Position numbers and translations under genes: made by a program. Under the pieces are notes generated by a model. It was not told where the DNA came from and searched no databases. It was given only the letters and a program-made list of their open reading frames with translations. A DNA stretch of 63,115 nucleotides, filler included, from Olpidium bornovanus S191 (lineage: Eukaryota; Fungi; Olpidiomycota), in the NCBI GenBank assembly GCA_017911155.1. It is 31 parts of 31 records of this genome, joined end to end, with 100 filler letters (N's around TTAATTAATTAA, not from the genome) between each part and the next. Parts side by side here need not be neighbours in the genome. Positions count along the whole stretch, not along the records: positions 44,395 to 45,627 come from JAEFCI010013246.1; positions 45,728 to 47,136 come from JAEFCI010011461.1; positions 47,237 to 49,137 come from JAEFCI010013133.1; positions 49,238 to 51,187 come from JAEFCI010001753.1; positions 51,288 to 53,296 come from JAEFCI010007157.1; positions 53,397 to 55,715 come from JAEFCI010008513.1; positions 55,816 to 57,786 come from JAEFCI010010530.1; positions 57,887 to 60,005 come from JAEFCI010004505.1; 23 more parts are not named here. The stretch is one strand, 5' to 3'. Positions 45,415-57,909 of this stretch are shown here, piece by piece; position 1 is the stretch's first letter, and each line of letters opens with the position of its first letter.

Positions 45415-45727
45415 GTGGCCCCGCGTGCCCTGCAAAAAGAAGCGGAGCGACGGACCTTGCCGCGGATCGGGGCCCGATCCACCGGCACAGCAGTCGGGGG
45501 GTGAGTGGGAGAAAGCGGGGGTTGGGCGGGGCGGGGGGGCCAGGGGCGGGATGGTTGGTTAAAGTTCCCTGTTCCTGCCGCGCTGGAGGGGGGGGGGGGG
45601 GGGGGGGGGGGGAGGAGGGGGGGAAAANNNNNNNNNNNNNNNNNNNNNNNNNNNNNNNNNNNNNNNNNNNNTTAATTAATTAANNNNNNNNNNNNNNNNN
45701 NNNNNNNNNNNNNNNNNNNNNNNNNNN

Positions 45728-46287
45728 CATGTCAGCGGCATCAATACTGTTCGTGTTTCGTGGCACAAGGACGACACGGGCAAGTGGACGATGAAGGAGG
45801 TCCCTGGCACCGAGCAGTTCTTCCAGGCCGACCTGATCTTGCTGGCGATGGGTACGTACGCCGGCAGTTTCGGGGGATTGCGAACTCGAGCTCGGGATTG
45901 GCACCTGCTGACGGAAACTGGGACACCACGCGAATTTCCAGGTTTCCTCGGCCCCGAAAAACGATTGCTTGAGCGGCTCGGCGTAAAGCAGGACTGCCGG
46001 AGCAACATTCAGACTGCCAAGGGCTCGTACGCGACGAGCATGGACGGCGTGTTTGCTGCTGGTGACTGCCGGAGGGGCCAGTCGCTGATCGTGTGGGGGA
46101 TCGACGAGGGCCGGCAGGCTGCCCGAGCCATAGACACGTACCTCATGGGCGATACGGTGAGCAGACAGTCCTGAACGTCTTTGGAGCGAGCGATAGGGTT
46201 TGATCGCTGACGTTATTCGTGTACGGCAGTACCTCCCCGTCACCGGAGGCGTGAAGAAGAGGAGCATCGAGAGTCTCCAGTCCAAGG
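45728..46287 (+). CDS. GLT1: NADH-dependent glutamate synthase, C-terminal exons
   Basis: [11 protein letters not shown]...[20 protein letters not shown] / GFLGPE...[34 protein letters not shown] / YLPVTGG. Confidence 0.95.
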
Positions 46288-47693
46288 TAAACCCGGGGCT
46301 GGCCACGAAGGTATGGGCCGCCGCAAGCTAAATGGCCTCCAAAAGCCATAATGGGATTGCGAATCCCCTATCTCGGCGGCGCACCAAAACCAGGCGGCTT
46401 CGAACTCCTTGGAACACGTCACCACGCTTTCTTCATTCCGGTGTCTTCACCTCCCTGGGTCTTCTTAACAAGGACCACCTGTACTTAGTAAAAAAAAAAA
46501 AAAAAAAAAAAAAAAACCCCCAATTTCTTCCCCTGTCCGTTTCTTTCTCCTTTGCGCAAAGCCTACTGGTAAGTAGGGCATAGAAGAGATGGCCAGTGCA
46601 GCCGGGAGAAGGAAGGAAAACAAAAAACGGGAGAAGATCTTTCATAATTGGCGACGTGTCTATCTTGTCCCGCGGCGCGGCCCGGACGCTTGTGAACGAG
46701 GACGAGGGTTACCAGGGAGGCGGAGGAAGAAGACCAACCACTGCACAATCCGCACACGTCGGCTAGCTGGCACATGAGGCTGGCCCGCGGATTTGCGACG
46801 AGCAGCAGAAGCAACGAACAAGCGGCCGCCAGCGCGGAAAAAAAAAAAAAAAAGAAATGCAGGGGCTTGCTGCGGCGGCGTGCGGGTCGGCCGCAGAGAA
46901 GATGGTGGCTGCGGATACACGGCAAGGCGGGAGGGGGGCCAAAGGTGCGGGAGGACACAGGCAGAGAGTTAAGCTGTTGTCGCCGTTTTATTTTTATTTT
47001 ACTTTTATTTTTTTATTTTTTTTATTTTTTTTTTTTGACGCACGGGCGCCACTACGCACGCCAGCGCAAGCTGCAGTCAAGAAAGGGAAACGGAGCGGTT
47101 CGGAGGCGTCTTTCTCTCTCCCCTTACCGCCCGCCCNNNNNNNNNNNNNNNNNNNNNNNNNNNNNNNNNNNNNNNNNNNNTTAATTAATTAANNNNNNNN
47201 NNNNNNNNNNNNNNNNNNNNNNNNNNNNNNNNNNNNCATGGAGATTGCGCTGCGGCGCTCTTCGATCCGTAACATTGACGTATCTGCCGTGCCGAGCTCC
47301 TCCAAAAAAAAAATCCGCATCCGCGACCGGATTGTGTTCCAATTGTTGTTGACACCGGCATATCAATCGATGGCGTGGTAAGTGGCAGTTGGTTCGTATG
47401 GACTTTCAGAAACCATACCTGAAGACTTCAGTAGCTTTGCGAAATGACCAGCAGTTCCAATCGTCACCGGAGACGCGCCATACAGCAAAAGCTGCAACAC
47501 CGCGAAAACACTCCAAACATCCCCACACGCAGCCCCCTTTTTTTTTCTTTCCCCGCGTCGCGTAAAAAAAACCCCCCGGCTTGAAACCGTACAACCCCGA
47601 ACCGACGTTGGGACGCCCGGGCTTGCTTCGAGAATGATTTTTCCTGCGGAGGGCGAGTGGAGGGAGGAGGGGGGGGGGGGGGGAACCGGCCTC

Positions 47694-48120
47694 TTATTTC
47701 CGCCGCTCCTCCCGGTCCGGCAGTGCTTCTGCCGCCGACATGAACCTGACAAGCGGGTTTTCCACCGCGCGGTTCGGCCCCGTTTTGGCGCGCGCGTGTG
47801 TTGGGGGGAGGAGTTGGGTCGTGGTTCAAAAACAGAGAGACGGACGCGGTGGTCAGAAGGCTGCCCTGACACACGCGCGCGCGGGAGGGTGGGTCGGGCG
47901 CCAGCTCTCACATGGCCCCGTGCGACACGGCCAGCTTGCGGACGGCCTCCGCCGTTTTGGCGACGCCCACGGTCCGGGCGTCCAGGTCGCGGAGGTTCTG
48001 CCGGAGCTTGAAGACCGCGTCGGCGAGGTCGGCGTACTGGTCTTTTTCGATTATTTTATTTTTTTTTTCGACGACGAAGAGGGGGGAGGGGCCGCACGGG
48101 GCGGTCGCCGGGGGCGACAT
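47694..48120 (-). CDS. HSK3: DASH/Dam1 kinetochore complex subunit Hsk3
   Basis: KDQYADLADAVFKLRQNLRDLDARTVGVAKTAEAVRKLAVSHGAM, then intron 47911-47746, then FMSAAEAL...*; matches Hsk3 RQY..L...L..L..NL......A...R.L...HGA.FM.A. Confidence 0.75.
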
Positions 48121-48134
48121 CGGAGGCAGAGAGA

Positions 48135-48159
48135 GCGAGAGAGAAGAAGGGGGGTAGAA

Positions 48160-48192
<33 letters not shown>

Positions 48193-48235
48193 GAGAGGGG
48201 GGGAGAGAGAGAGAGAGAGAGTGTGTGTGTGCGTG
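48135..48235. repeat. (GA)n/(GT)n microsatellite upstream of HSK3
   Basis: Directly visible AG/GACA/GT runs. Confidence 0.85.
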
Positions 48236-49306
48236 TGATTTCGAGAAACTTTTTCCTGCTGCTGCTCCGCGCTGCTGTTTGGCGCCTCCACGTTTCCCAG
48301 GAAGGGCGGGGCGCCTGCTTACCTTTCCGCGTCCGCCGGTGCTGGTGGTCGCGGTGCGACCCGGTCGCCATGGGACAAGGTTGCGTCCGTTTTTTTTTTT
48401 TTTTTTTTTTTTCGTTTCGTTTCGTTCGGTTTCGGGTCAGGAATGGGGGGGGGGGGAAGGCTCCTTGTCAACACCCGCAGTGACTAAGGCCCCCCCCCCA
48501 TTCCCTCCCCCTTCCTCTGAAACTCCCTCTCTCTCTTTCTGGAATCAAAAAGCACATGGGCAGAACGCAGAGACGAGGCAGAGAGAGAGTGTGTGTGAGA
48601 GAGAGAGAGGGAAATGTATGGAGAAAGAGCGCGGCCCCCGCTCTCTTTCCTCGGGAGCTCCTCGAGAGAGAGAGAGAGAAAGAAGTTCGGCTTCGAACAC
48701 ACCCTTCCCCGCCCCCCCCCCACCCCCGCCGCCGCCGAGACGGGAACGAAACGAAACAAATAAAAAAAACGAGTTACAGATTCAAGTTTGACATAACGAA
48801 AAATGGCGGCGGGTTTGAAAAACAAAAAAACAAATTTAAAAGCGATCCTGCGGGGTAGAAGAGAATGTATGCTATAATAGCCCCGCGGGGGAGGGGGGAG
48901 GAATGGAACGGGGAAAGGGGGGGGGGGCGAGGACCCGGCAAGTGTACCAAGACGCGTGCGTGCCTCGAAAAAAAACGGAAACCGGTTTTAAAAAAAGGGG
49001 GTTTTCGTTTTGAGTTAAAGTACTCGTAGAGTCTAGGAACGGGATAAAAATCGATGCCGGAGCGATGCGGGGGAAAAAACGAAGAAAAAGAAACAAAATG
49101 CGGGGTTCGGGCGGACGAGAACATTTAAAAAAAAAACNNNNNNNNNNNNNNNNNNNNNNNNNNNNNNNNNNNNNNNNNNNNTTAATTAATTAANNNNNNN
49201 NNNNNNNNNNNNNNNNNNNNNNNNNNNNNNNNNNNNNCATGCAAAAGAAAAAAAAATTAATAACCAAATGGGCATAGAAAACCCAACGCGGCGGGCCGCC
49301 CCGATT

Positions 49307-51187
49307 TCAGTTTTGGATGCTCGGGAACACGGGCAGGCGCCTGACGCCGCTTTCAGGAAAGGATGCCCTGCGCGGATCCCAGGTCTGTTCCAGCTGCTGC
49401 TGGGTCTGGCTGGCAACTTGAACAGCACCGCCTTGCTCGTGGGCGCCGCCAGCACCAACATCGCAGGCCCGGCGGACAGCGGGAACCGCGAAGGAACAAG
49501 CGGCGAAGAGGTCTCGCGGACCGTCCGTTCCACACGAGCCAGCGAATCCCGCAGCGTTTGGCGACGAGGGTGCCGAGGCGGTGCTGACGTCGGTTCCCGT
49601 ATGAGTCGCGCGCCGAACCCGCCCGAGCTTGTTGACGGCTCCGGTCGACGCGATCGGATTCGCCTTCGTTGGCGAAACTGGATTCGACCGTGCAACCGGC
49701 TTTCTCCTCGGGTCGACGATCGCATTTATCGTGACGTTCACGGCATCGTTCTCCTGAGCGTAGAGGCCGGACAGCGGCAAACTAAATTCCCGCTTTTTGC
49801 CTGCGCGATTTGGGAGGAGCATATTCCGCGAAGACAATGCCAGTCAGAGCCGGCCCTAACGTGCATGACCTTACACGCAACTAGTAATAGGTGTAGCACA
49901 AACCAGCGTCTTTCGGCGTCGCGGGGCTTTTGACTGACACCGTACTCCCCGCAACGGAAACCGAGCTTACGGCGCATTGCAGTGCGCGAGACGGGATAAA
50001 AACCGAGCCGTGCTCAGACGGTATCGCGGTGTGGATGAACTAGGCGCACGTCAGGGGGAACCGCGCTGTCAGGAACGGCCAAATACTGAGCCTCTTATAC
50101 GGACTTTCAGCGAAAGTCTTACACAACATCGCTGGCCGTAAGGGCAGGATCCTTTTTCCCAGAAAGTCTTGCACATCTGTTCCAATTGGTCGAAATTCCG
50201 CCAGCAGTTATTCCGCCAATCTACCAACCGCAAAATAAGCGCGTCCGCCGTCGTACGTACCACGCTCTTGTGTTTTGGATGGCGTTCGATCATGCGTAAT
50301 TCTTCGGGTCCGTGCGCAAATTGGCATTTGGCGCTGTAACTACATATTGACCCGACATTAGCGAGATAATAACGCGAGCGGGATAAGTCAGCGGGACAAT
50401 ACGTGCCGGCATGTTCCGGTCTCCTCGAACGATCTACAAAGCTCGGTTTTGTACAGGGATAGCTTCTTGGGATCCTTCCCTGTGGGGCTGGCGCTCACAG
50501 AGGCTGTGACGGGGCTAGTTAGCGGGGTCACCGTCCGGCCATTGGAAGTGATGGACGACCAGGAACACTGGCGTTGGTGTGCATGGGCTTCCTGAACCGT
50601 AACAATTGCGGCCGGGACGGTGCCTAGTGGCGTGCCAAATGCGAGAGGGGGGGTAGGGAGGTGAGGATACCTCCGCGCAGCGGTCGTGTTGATCCGCAGA
50701 TTCTCCAACCCACGCCCGCGGCAAAGGGAAGACGTCCGCGACTGCTGCTTCATTCCGGACAGCTGCAATACGTGCAACTGCTGCTGCAAGGGCACGCTGG
50801 GACAAATGTCCGCAAGCCGCCCAGATACACTGGCGTCCGGAGCGGCTACGGCGGTAGTGATGCCCACGGGATTTTTCGATCCTTGGGGGCACGCGAAGGG
50901 AACCGCGGCGCCGCCGCGTTGGGCGACAAGTGAGCCTGCAAGATCTCGCTGCGTAGCCGAAAACTCCTCGGCGATCCGGAATGGCAATCCAACCAGAGAG
51001 TCAGCGAGCTGCACTTTTTGGTCGTCTATACAGCCACTCTGCCCAGATACCGCGAATGAGAACGTTGGGCGGCTGCACGGATGGCCGAAGTAATCCGGCG
51101 CGATGATTGCGCTCGAGGATGTGGTAGACCCGGAAGACAAAGTGGACGCCGACAGATGCCCTCGGGATTGTGTAAAGTGAGCCCATG
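49307..51187 (-). CDS. Tandem CCCH zinc-finger mRNA-binding protein (TIS11/ZFP36/Cth-like; 5'-truncated)
   Basis: LYKTELCRSFEETGTCR / YSAKCQFAHGPEELRMIERHPKHKS / MCKTFWEKGSCPYGQRCC. Confidence 0.92.
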
Positions 51188-51628
51188 NNNNNNNNNNNNN
51201 NNNNNNNNNNNNNNNNNNNNNNNNNNNNNNNTTAATTAATTAANNNNNNNNNNNNNNNNNNNNNNNNNNNNNNNNNNNNNNNNNNNNGGGGGGGAACTTT
51301 TCTAGCGAGCACAAAGGGCTGTTCAGACATCACTGGATACATGGCTGACTAAAAATACAGAGACCTCTAAAACTAATGATTCCTTGAGACTACTTCAGTT
51401 GTTAGATATTGGAAGATATTCGTTATTGCTCTAGGAACAGCATTGGTGGACAAAAACATTACTATGTGGATATTAAATTGGCAAAGTACAAAGTTGAGGA
51501 GGTCTGACTGTAAATGGAGAATTTGCACACACACAAGATCTTCGTTTTCCTGCACCAAAAAAAACCCCCCTCGTTCCGCTCGAAAACCAAGGCGAGGGCC
51601 GTCAACGACGAGAGACCTCGGTGCCGCA

Positions 51629-53255
51629 ATGGTCCATCGCTTCTCGGCGACCGCCATTCGTTGGAACCCCTGCCGAACCCGCTTCTGCTCCTGCTCACTC
51701 GCGGAAGCTGCCTCCTGCACGCTGAGACGCCTCCTGTTGCCCGCTGTCCCCTTCTTTGCCAGCGCCGCTGCCGCGCCCCAGTGCGCCAGGCCAAAACCAG
51801 CAACCGTGCCGACGGTTCCGCTGCGTTCGACAGCGCATGCAAGAAGCAGCTCCGGGCCTGCTTCACCCTCGCTCGCGGCGTTGTGTTCTTTTTCAACTAG
51901 TGCGAGCGTCCAGCTGCCCGACATGCAGCGCTGCGAGTCCGGCGGCTGCCGCACAGCGCGGAGAGCGCGGTCCCACCCGAAGACGGCGAGCAAGGCGTGT
52001 TCCACGTGGAGCGTGGAGTGTGACAAGATACCGTTCCTCCCGGCGACGCGGCTTAAGCCTACGGACTTTTTGCCGGTGGGTGCACATTGGCACCGGAACT
52101 TCTCTGCGCAGTTCCGACAGGCAGGCGGGGCCAACGCAACGAAGCGTCGGATGGCAGATCGTTACTTCACGGCGCGGTCGGAACCCCTCGCTGTAAGCGC
52201 CGTGAAACCTTCGCCAAATACCCCGTTGCACGTCTCTCGTGCACTCCACCTCTCTGCTACGCTCTCGAGCAAGCGCTTCCCGCAACAGCCGGAGAGGACA
52301 GCGGTGGCCCAGGCCAGGAGAGCCGATGAAAATGTTTGTTCAACTGAGTTTCTCGTTCTACCGTCTAGTTGTATGGTAGAGCTAACTGATATAGCTGACT
52401 TGTAGGATAACGATCCGGAGTTGAAGCTCGAACGGGACTTACTGGACGGTTGGCGACGTGCCGGATTCGTCGACCCTGCGAAATTTGCGAAGCTGGTATT
52501 TCGTTTTGGGAGTGGCGAAGAGGGAGACATTCCTTGTCATACGTTTGCAAAGGCGATAATAACGCGTCCTTCCGACAGCTGGCTCTCACCGAGGCGCGGT
52601 CGTTGTGGCAGCGGCTAGACGACCTCTGGCAGCTCGTCCGTGCGGGGGATGGGACGCATACTGTGGAGAATTTCAATACAATGGTTTGTGATTGCACCGC
52701 CTCGAAGCCGCCATCAAGGGAGATATTACGCGCTTATCCGGCTGTTGCCTTGTTGCAGTTACGGAGCTATGTTACGCGGCGGTCGTGGAAACACTTCACT
52801 GACCTCACGGAACGGATGGAGATGGAAAACGTACAATACAATGCGGAGACCTATCGACTAGCGGTGAGTTCCGGCCTTTGTCGTAATCATGCTTGCTTGC
52901 TCGCCTGGCTGGCCGTTCCTGTTATTGACACCAACGCTACTTCTCATAAGCTGCTGGCATGCGTCAAGCTGGAGAACCGACGGAACCTTCACTTCCTCTG
53001 GCACAAAGCGGCGGTGGAGGAGGTGCCACTAACAACGGAACATTACAACGTTATGGTGCGTGGGTTTTTAATTCCCCATCCCCTCCCCCCATAACCCTGA
53101 TTGTACACACAGGGGTGATCTGTCTTGACAATGGTGTTTGGCCTGACAGCTTGAAGGCTGTTTGGAAGCTGGGCACATGGAGATGGTCGAGAAATTGTTT
53201 AGAACGATGGAAGAGAAGGCCGTGCCCTTTGACGCGATGACATACACGTGGAAGG
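51629..53255 (+). CDS. Pentatricopeptide-repeat protein, probably mitochondrial (3'-truncated)
   Basis: Arg/Ser-rich presequence-like N-terminus MVHRFSATAIRW. The spliced motif EHYNVM/LEGCLEAGHMEMVEKLFRTMEEKAVPFDAMTYT fits a 35-aa PPR repeat, with a further YNAETYRLAV repeat start. Confidence 0.7.
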
Positions 53256-53554
53256 TAGGTCTACGCGTCTCCTATAGGCCGACTGACGGGGATACCNNNN
53301 NNNNNNNNNNNNNNNNNNNNNNNNNNNNNNNNNNNNNNNNTTAATTAATTAANNNNNNNNNNNNNNNNNNNNNNNNNNNNNNNNNNNNNNNNNNNNACGA
53401 AATGAGCAGTTTGACCACACGCGCGAGTACCTCACGCTCGTAGTTGACTTGTAAAGTCCTAACGTGAAGCGCTTGAGCACACTTACAAAAAACCTAACGT
53501 AAAGTGTCAAAAACATGTACGGCGGTAAAACCTTTAAAAGGTTCGGGTTGAACG

Positions 53555-54135
53555 ACCGTGGAGGCTATGCCATGGTTTCATCGTCCTCTACGATTCCTAA
53601 ACAAACATGACTGAAATCCAACAAGTTCGCAAACAGAAAGTATAGTAAGACAAAGCAAATTATTGGCCGTTTTGCGAATCGCGGTACCGCTGAATTCTGT
53701 GGCGTCAAAAACCAAGAAAACAAAGAAAATAAGGTACGCCGGCAGATGTCGAAATAAAGAAAAAGCACGCCGCGAACTGTCAAAAAAAGAACAAAAAAAG
53801 GTACGCAGCGAATTGTCTAAAAAAGGGAAGGTACGCCGCGAATTGTCAGAAAGAAGCATACGCGGCGAATTGTCGAAATAAAAAGCCTGTACCGACACCC
53901 GTTAACCAAAAAGACACGGCCGTGGAAGTTATGCCATGGCTTCGGTGTCCCGAGCAATTACGGTCACAGCTTATTCTACTATTTATTAATTAAACTCCAT
54001 TTATACAGGACTGAGATCCTGCGAATTCGCAAACAGAATGTATAGGGAGTGAACAAAGCAGATTTTCGAATCGCGTGTACCGCCAATTCTGCGGCGTCAC
54101 GAAAAACAAAAAAAAGTACGCCGGCAGTAAAAAAA
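53555..54135. repeat. Diverged tandem duplication (about 365-bp period) containing an array of five 17-bp motifs
   Basis: CCGTGGA.G.TATGCCATGG.TTC at about 53557 and 53921; TTCGCAAACAGAA.GTATAG and GAATCGCG..TACCGC..AATTCTG.GGCGTCA occur in both units. GTACGCCGCGAATTGTC-like motifs at 53734, 53765, 53801, 53831 and 53858. Confidence 0.85.
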
Positions 54136-54558
54136 AAAAAAAAACATCCCCTCCTTCCTTCCTTCCATGTTTTCGTTCCTAGGCGTCGGGGCGGGCGGCC
54201 GTTTTGCATTGAAGGTGGCGTTACGGTTCAGAGCTTCGCACCACCCTTTTCCGTCTTTCGTATCTTTTGCAATTTCCGCACGCACACTCGCAAACACACG
54301 CACATAACCACACACACAGGCGACCTTTAATTTTTTTTTTTTTTTTTTTTTTACTCGCATGCCTTCTGGCAGTCTGAAAGGTCGGCCGTGGAATTGCGGC
54401 CCGGGCTGTTGCTGCGGCGGACGGCGGCGGGCTTGGGTAGCGCCGGGGTTGGGGGCGGCGGCGGCGAACGAAAGGGGGAGGCGAACGAAAGGGGGAGGGG
54501 TGCCGTGGTGCGGAGCGCGCGAGAGGAATCCGCGCTGTAAAAGGCAACGGCCGCCGGA

Positions 54559-55715
54559 ATGTCGCTGGTCACGCCGCCGGACGCGTTCGGGCTTGTGAAC
54601 GACGGGGTGTACCGCTCAGACCTGCTCCGCCCGGCGCACTTCGGGTTCATGCGGACGCTGAACTTGCGCACCGTCGTGGTCCTCACCCCGGAGGTGCCCG
54701 CGCGAGCCGTCCTAAACTTCTTGGAGGAGAACGGGATCAAGCTGGTGAGGAGAGGATGGATAACCACTCGTCCGGAAACAAGGGCTTTTCACACCCCACT
54801 CCGTCCGCACCCCCACCCTTCGTCGTCCTTTGACAACAATCGGGTTTTGCTGGCGCAAGGGAAGCGGGAACCGGGAAGGGTGAGGGAGATGCGCTCAAGC
54901 TGACACCGGCGATCCCGGTTTGGGCGCCCACCTCCCGTCACAAAATAAATAAATAAAATAAAAAGGTTCACCTCGGCCTCCAGGCCTGGAAACGGAACGT
55001 GACGTGGCGGCCGGTCAGCGACGAGCTCATCAAGGAGGGCCTTGAGCTCATCCTCAACGAGGAGAACCACCCTGTGCTGATACAGTGCACGTGAGTTTTT
55101 TTTTTCGCTCGCGGCCGCGAAGGGGAATGCGTCGTCACCCCACATCGAGGGTTTTTCTTTTGTTTTTTTGGCGAGCGCAGCTTGGAAAACTCCGTTGCGT
55201 CGCGAATCTTAACTTTCCTGTGGTCCATTGAATCTCCCCCCCCCTCCCCCCCACCCCTTCACCCCCGCCCTCCCCCGCCTTTCACAGGGCTGGGATCCAC
55301 GAAACCGGCACGTTCGTCGGCTGCCTCCGAAAGCTGCAGGGCTGGAACTTCAGTTCCATCGTCGGCGAGGTGAGAATGTGCCTCGATCGTGGCGGGTTGG
55401 AAAATTTGAAGACCCGAGAACGGAGCGCACTGCGGGTCTTATTCCCCTGTGATAACACAAGATTACACTCGAAAGTATCGCAGCTACGCGGGCAGCAAGG
55501 CACGGTACGTAAACGAGCAGTACATCGAGTTGTTCGACGTTGACCTCGTCACACTGCCAAAGATGCTTCCGGAGTGGTTCGCATCGAATTTGGCCATGCT
55601 GGCAAGTGACCGTCGCTGGATTAGAAAAAAGAATAAAAGAACAGCAAATAAGAAGAGGGAGAAGGAGAGGAATCAACGCAGCTGACGACGTGCCTTTTTT
55701 CGTTTCGCAGAAGGA
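54559..55715 (+). CDS. Siw14/OCA-family phosphatase-like protein, Oca4-like (3'-truncated)
   Basis: MSLVTPPDAFGLVNDGVYRS...FMRTLNLRTVVVLTPE / WRPVSDELIKEGLELIL...HPVLIQCT / AGIHETGTFVGCLRKLQGWNFSSIVGE / YRSYAGSKARYVNEQYIELFDVDLV. Confidence 0.9.
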
Positions 55716-55828
55716 NNNNNNNNNNNNNNNNNNNNNNNNNNNNNNNNNNNNNNNNNNNNTTAATTAATTAANNNNNNNNNNNNNNNNNNNNNNNNNNNNN
55801 NNNNNNNNNNNNNNNAAAAAAAAAGGAG

Positions 55829-55894
<66 letters not shown>

Positions 55895-55948
55895 GTGTGA
55901 ACAGGACGGCACACGAAGGAACCAAAAAAAAAGGAGGACAACGGGTCT

Positions 55949-57236
55949 TTACACGGGGGCCTTCCAGAGAACCCTCTCTGGTTTGCCGGCGTTCCGTCCG
56001 CTTTTGAGGGGCTTGCGGACGACAGTCACAGCGCTTGCGCCGCTCTTGCCTGCCTTACCGAGACCACCCGCCCCTTCTCCGGAACCAAAGGAAAGCACGA
56101 CGCTCTCCTCCCCGCCGCTCTCGATCTCGCCCTCGGCAATCCTCCGACGCCTGACCTTCTCGCGGCGGGAGATGACGGTCTGCGCGAACTGGTAGCGGCG
56201 CATGTCTCCATCCGGGCCGAGGAAGGAGGGCGACTGGATGGCCGCCTTAAGCCAGGGAAAGGGCAGGTCCACAAACATGTCTATCACGTCTTCCGGGAAA
56301 GGCACCGCGGCGGCGGCGGAGGAAAGCGAACCAGCCAAGGGCAGGGCCTTAAAAGATTGACCACGCCGCGCGGCCGGTCCCGTACCTGACGCAGGCGCCT
56401 TCTGCTGCTGGCCGTGGTTGCTCTCCGGTCTGGCGCCAGGAGACGAGCTTGAAGAGAGGCCGGCAGCAGCCTCGAGAAGCTGCATCTCCTCCGGAAGCTC
56501 CAATGGAAGCCATTTCGTCAGGTATTCGAAGCAGCACGCCTGGATCTGCGCCGAATACTCGCCGAACCGGCCGGACGGTACCAAGCCGGGCGTTGCAGAC
56601 GACGCGGACGAAGACGAGGACGAGGACGAGGACGACGGCGTGCCGTTGCACTCGCCTAGGAACTTGACGTACCGCAGGACGGTCTCGCGCCCGACGTCGG
56701 CCATTATGCGTTCTGTTGCGATCGCGGCCAGGTCTTTCAGCTCGAGCAGGTAGGCTGCCGCGAGAACTGCAGTCGCATTCGCAGGGTGGACAAGGTGCTG
56801 CGAGTATCCCGCGTACAAGTGCCCGATGGAGATAGCAAGGCCGTCCTCAGTGATTTGGTCATTGTCGAAAGCCAGCGTTATCTCGGATTGCGTCGGAGAT
56901 TCCAACAACAGCCGATAGAGGTACGGAGACCGAGCAAGAATCAGAGAATGAAGGTTGTAGGCCTTTCCACCTGTAGGACGCAAGATGCGAAAGCCGAGAT
57001 AAGCGCCCGTTCAGGTGGAAGAAAAACAAAAAAGTCAGGTAACCCGTCACGGCCAACTCACCTCCCACAAGGTTCGGCACGTTTACCGTGACGTCCGAGA
57101 AGAGGCCGTTCAGGAAGCCCGTGTGGTACAGGTGGTCACACACCGCGCCGTGGTGGCGGTCCCTCTGGGCCCTTGTGAGAGCCGGGGGCGGGGTGCCAGT
57201 CGTGCTGTGCTCACCGTCCGCCACGAACCCGTCCAT
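55949..57236 (-). CDS. BTB/POZ-domain protein
   Basis: AVCDHLYHTGFLNGLFSDVTVNV / GKAYNLHSLILARSPYLYRLL...ITEDGLAISIGHLY...NATAVLAAAYLLELKDL; later LPFPWLKAAIQS...RRYQFA...EESVVLSFG. Confidence 0.88.
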
Positions 57237-57909
57237 TGCTTCGCGCGGGGATCCTTTCCTTCCCAGCAACTTCCGTTCCGTTCTTCGTCTTGGAAAGTCT
57301 GCAGCCCGGAATCCGGAAGCCAGTTGTAAAAAGAGGGCATGAAATCAAACTCAGTTGGCCGCCTGACGTAAGAAACGGAGAGTGGCCAAGAGCACGCAAA
57401 CGCGACGGAAACCTGCACGCAACCCGGTGGTCGCGTCCTCTCTCCCCACTTGAAACCCCCCTCCTAGAAAAGAAAGGCTCACATGCGGGGGTTCCGCGAA
57501 CGTTACCCCCGCCACCCTCCGCCTCGCCGCCTGCGGCAAGCTTCTGTCCCCGGGGTCGACGAATCTCTTTTCTCTAGTTCTTCCTCGCCGTGGAGTCCTG
57601 CCGCAAACGTCCACGCGGTCCGGGAAACAAGGCAGCGGGTGTCGCCCGGCTCACACGGGGAAGACACACCGAGAGGAAGCGGGCGCTCGCTGCTGGACGG
57701 GCCGACAGGAAGGAACTGAGGCAGAGCGCGGGAAGCGCGGGAGGGGACGCGGGCGCGAGACGGGGGGGGGGGGGGGGGGGGGGGGGNNNNNNNNNNNNNN
57801 NNNNNNNNNNNNNNNNNNNNNNNNNNNNNNTTAATTAATTAANNNNNNNNNNNNNNNNNNNNNNNNNNNNNNNNNNNNNNNNNNNNGCGACAGCGGAACG
57901 CTGACAGTT

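Noticed and set aside
53734-53874. Repeat-spacer pattern as a CRISPR array
   Set aside because: Repeats are only 17 bp and degenerate, spacers are 10-19 nt A-tracts, the host is eukaryotic and there are no cas genes. Kept as a motif array instead.
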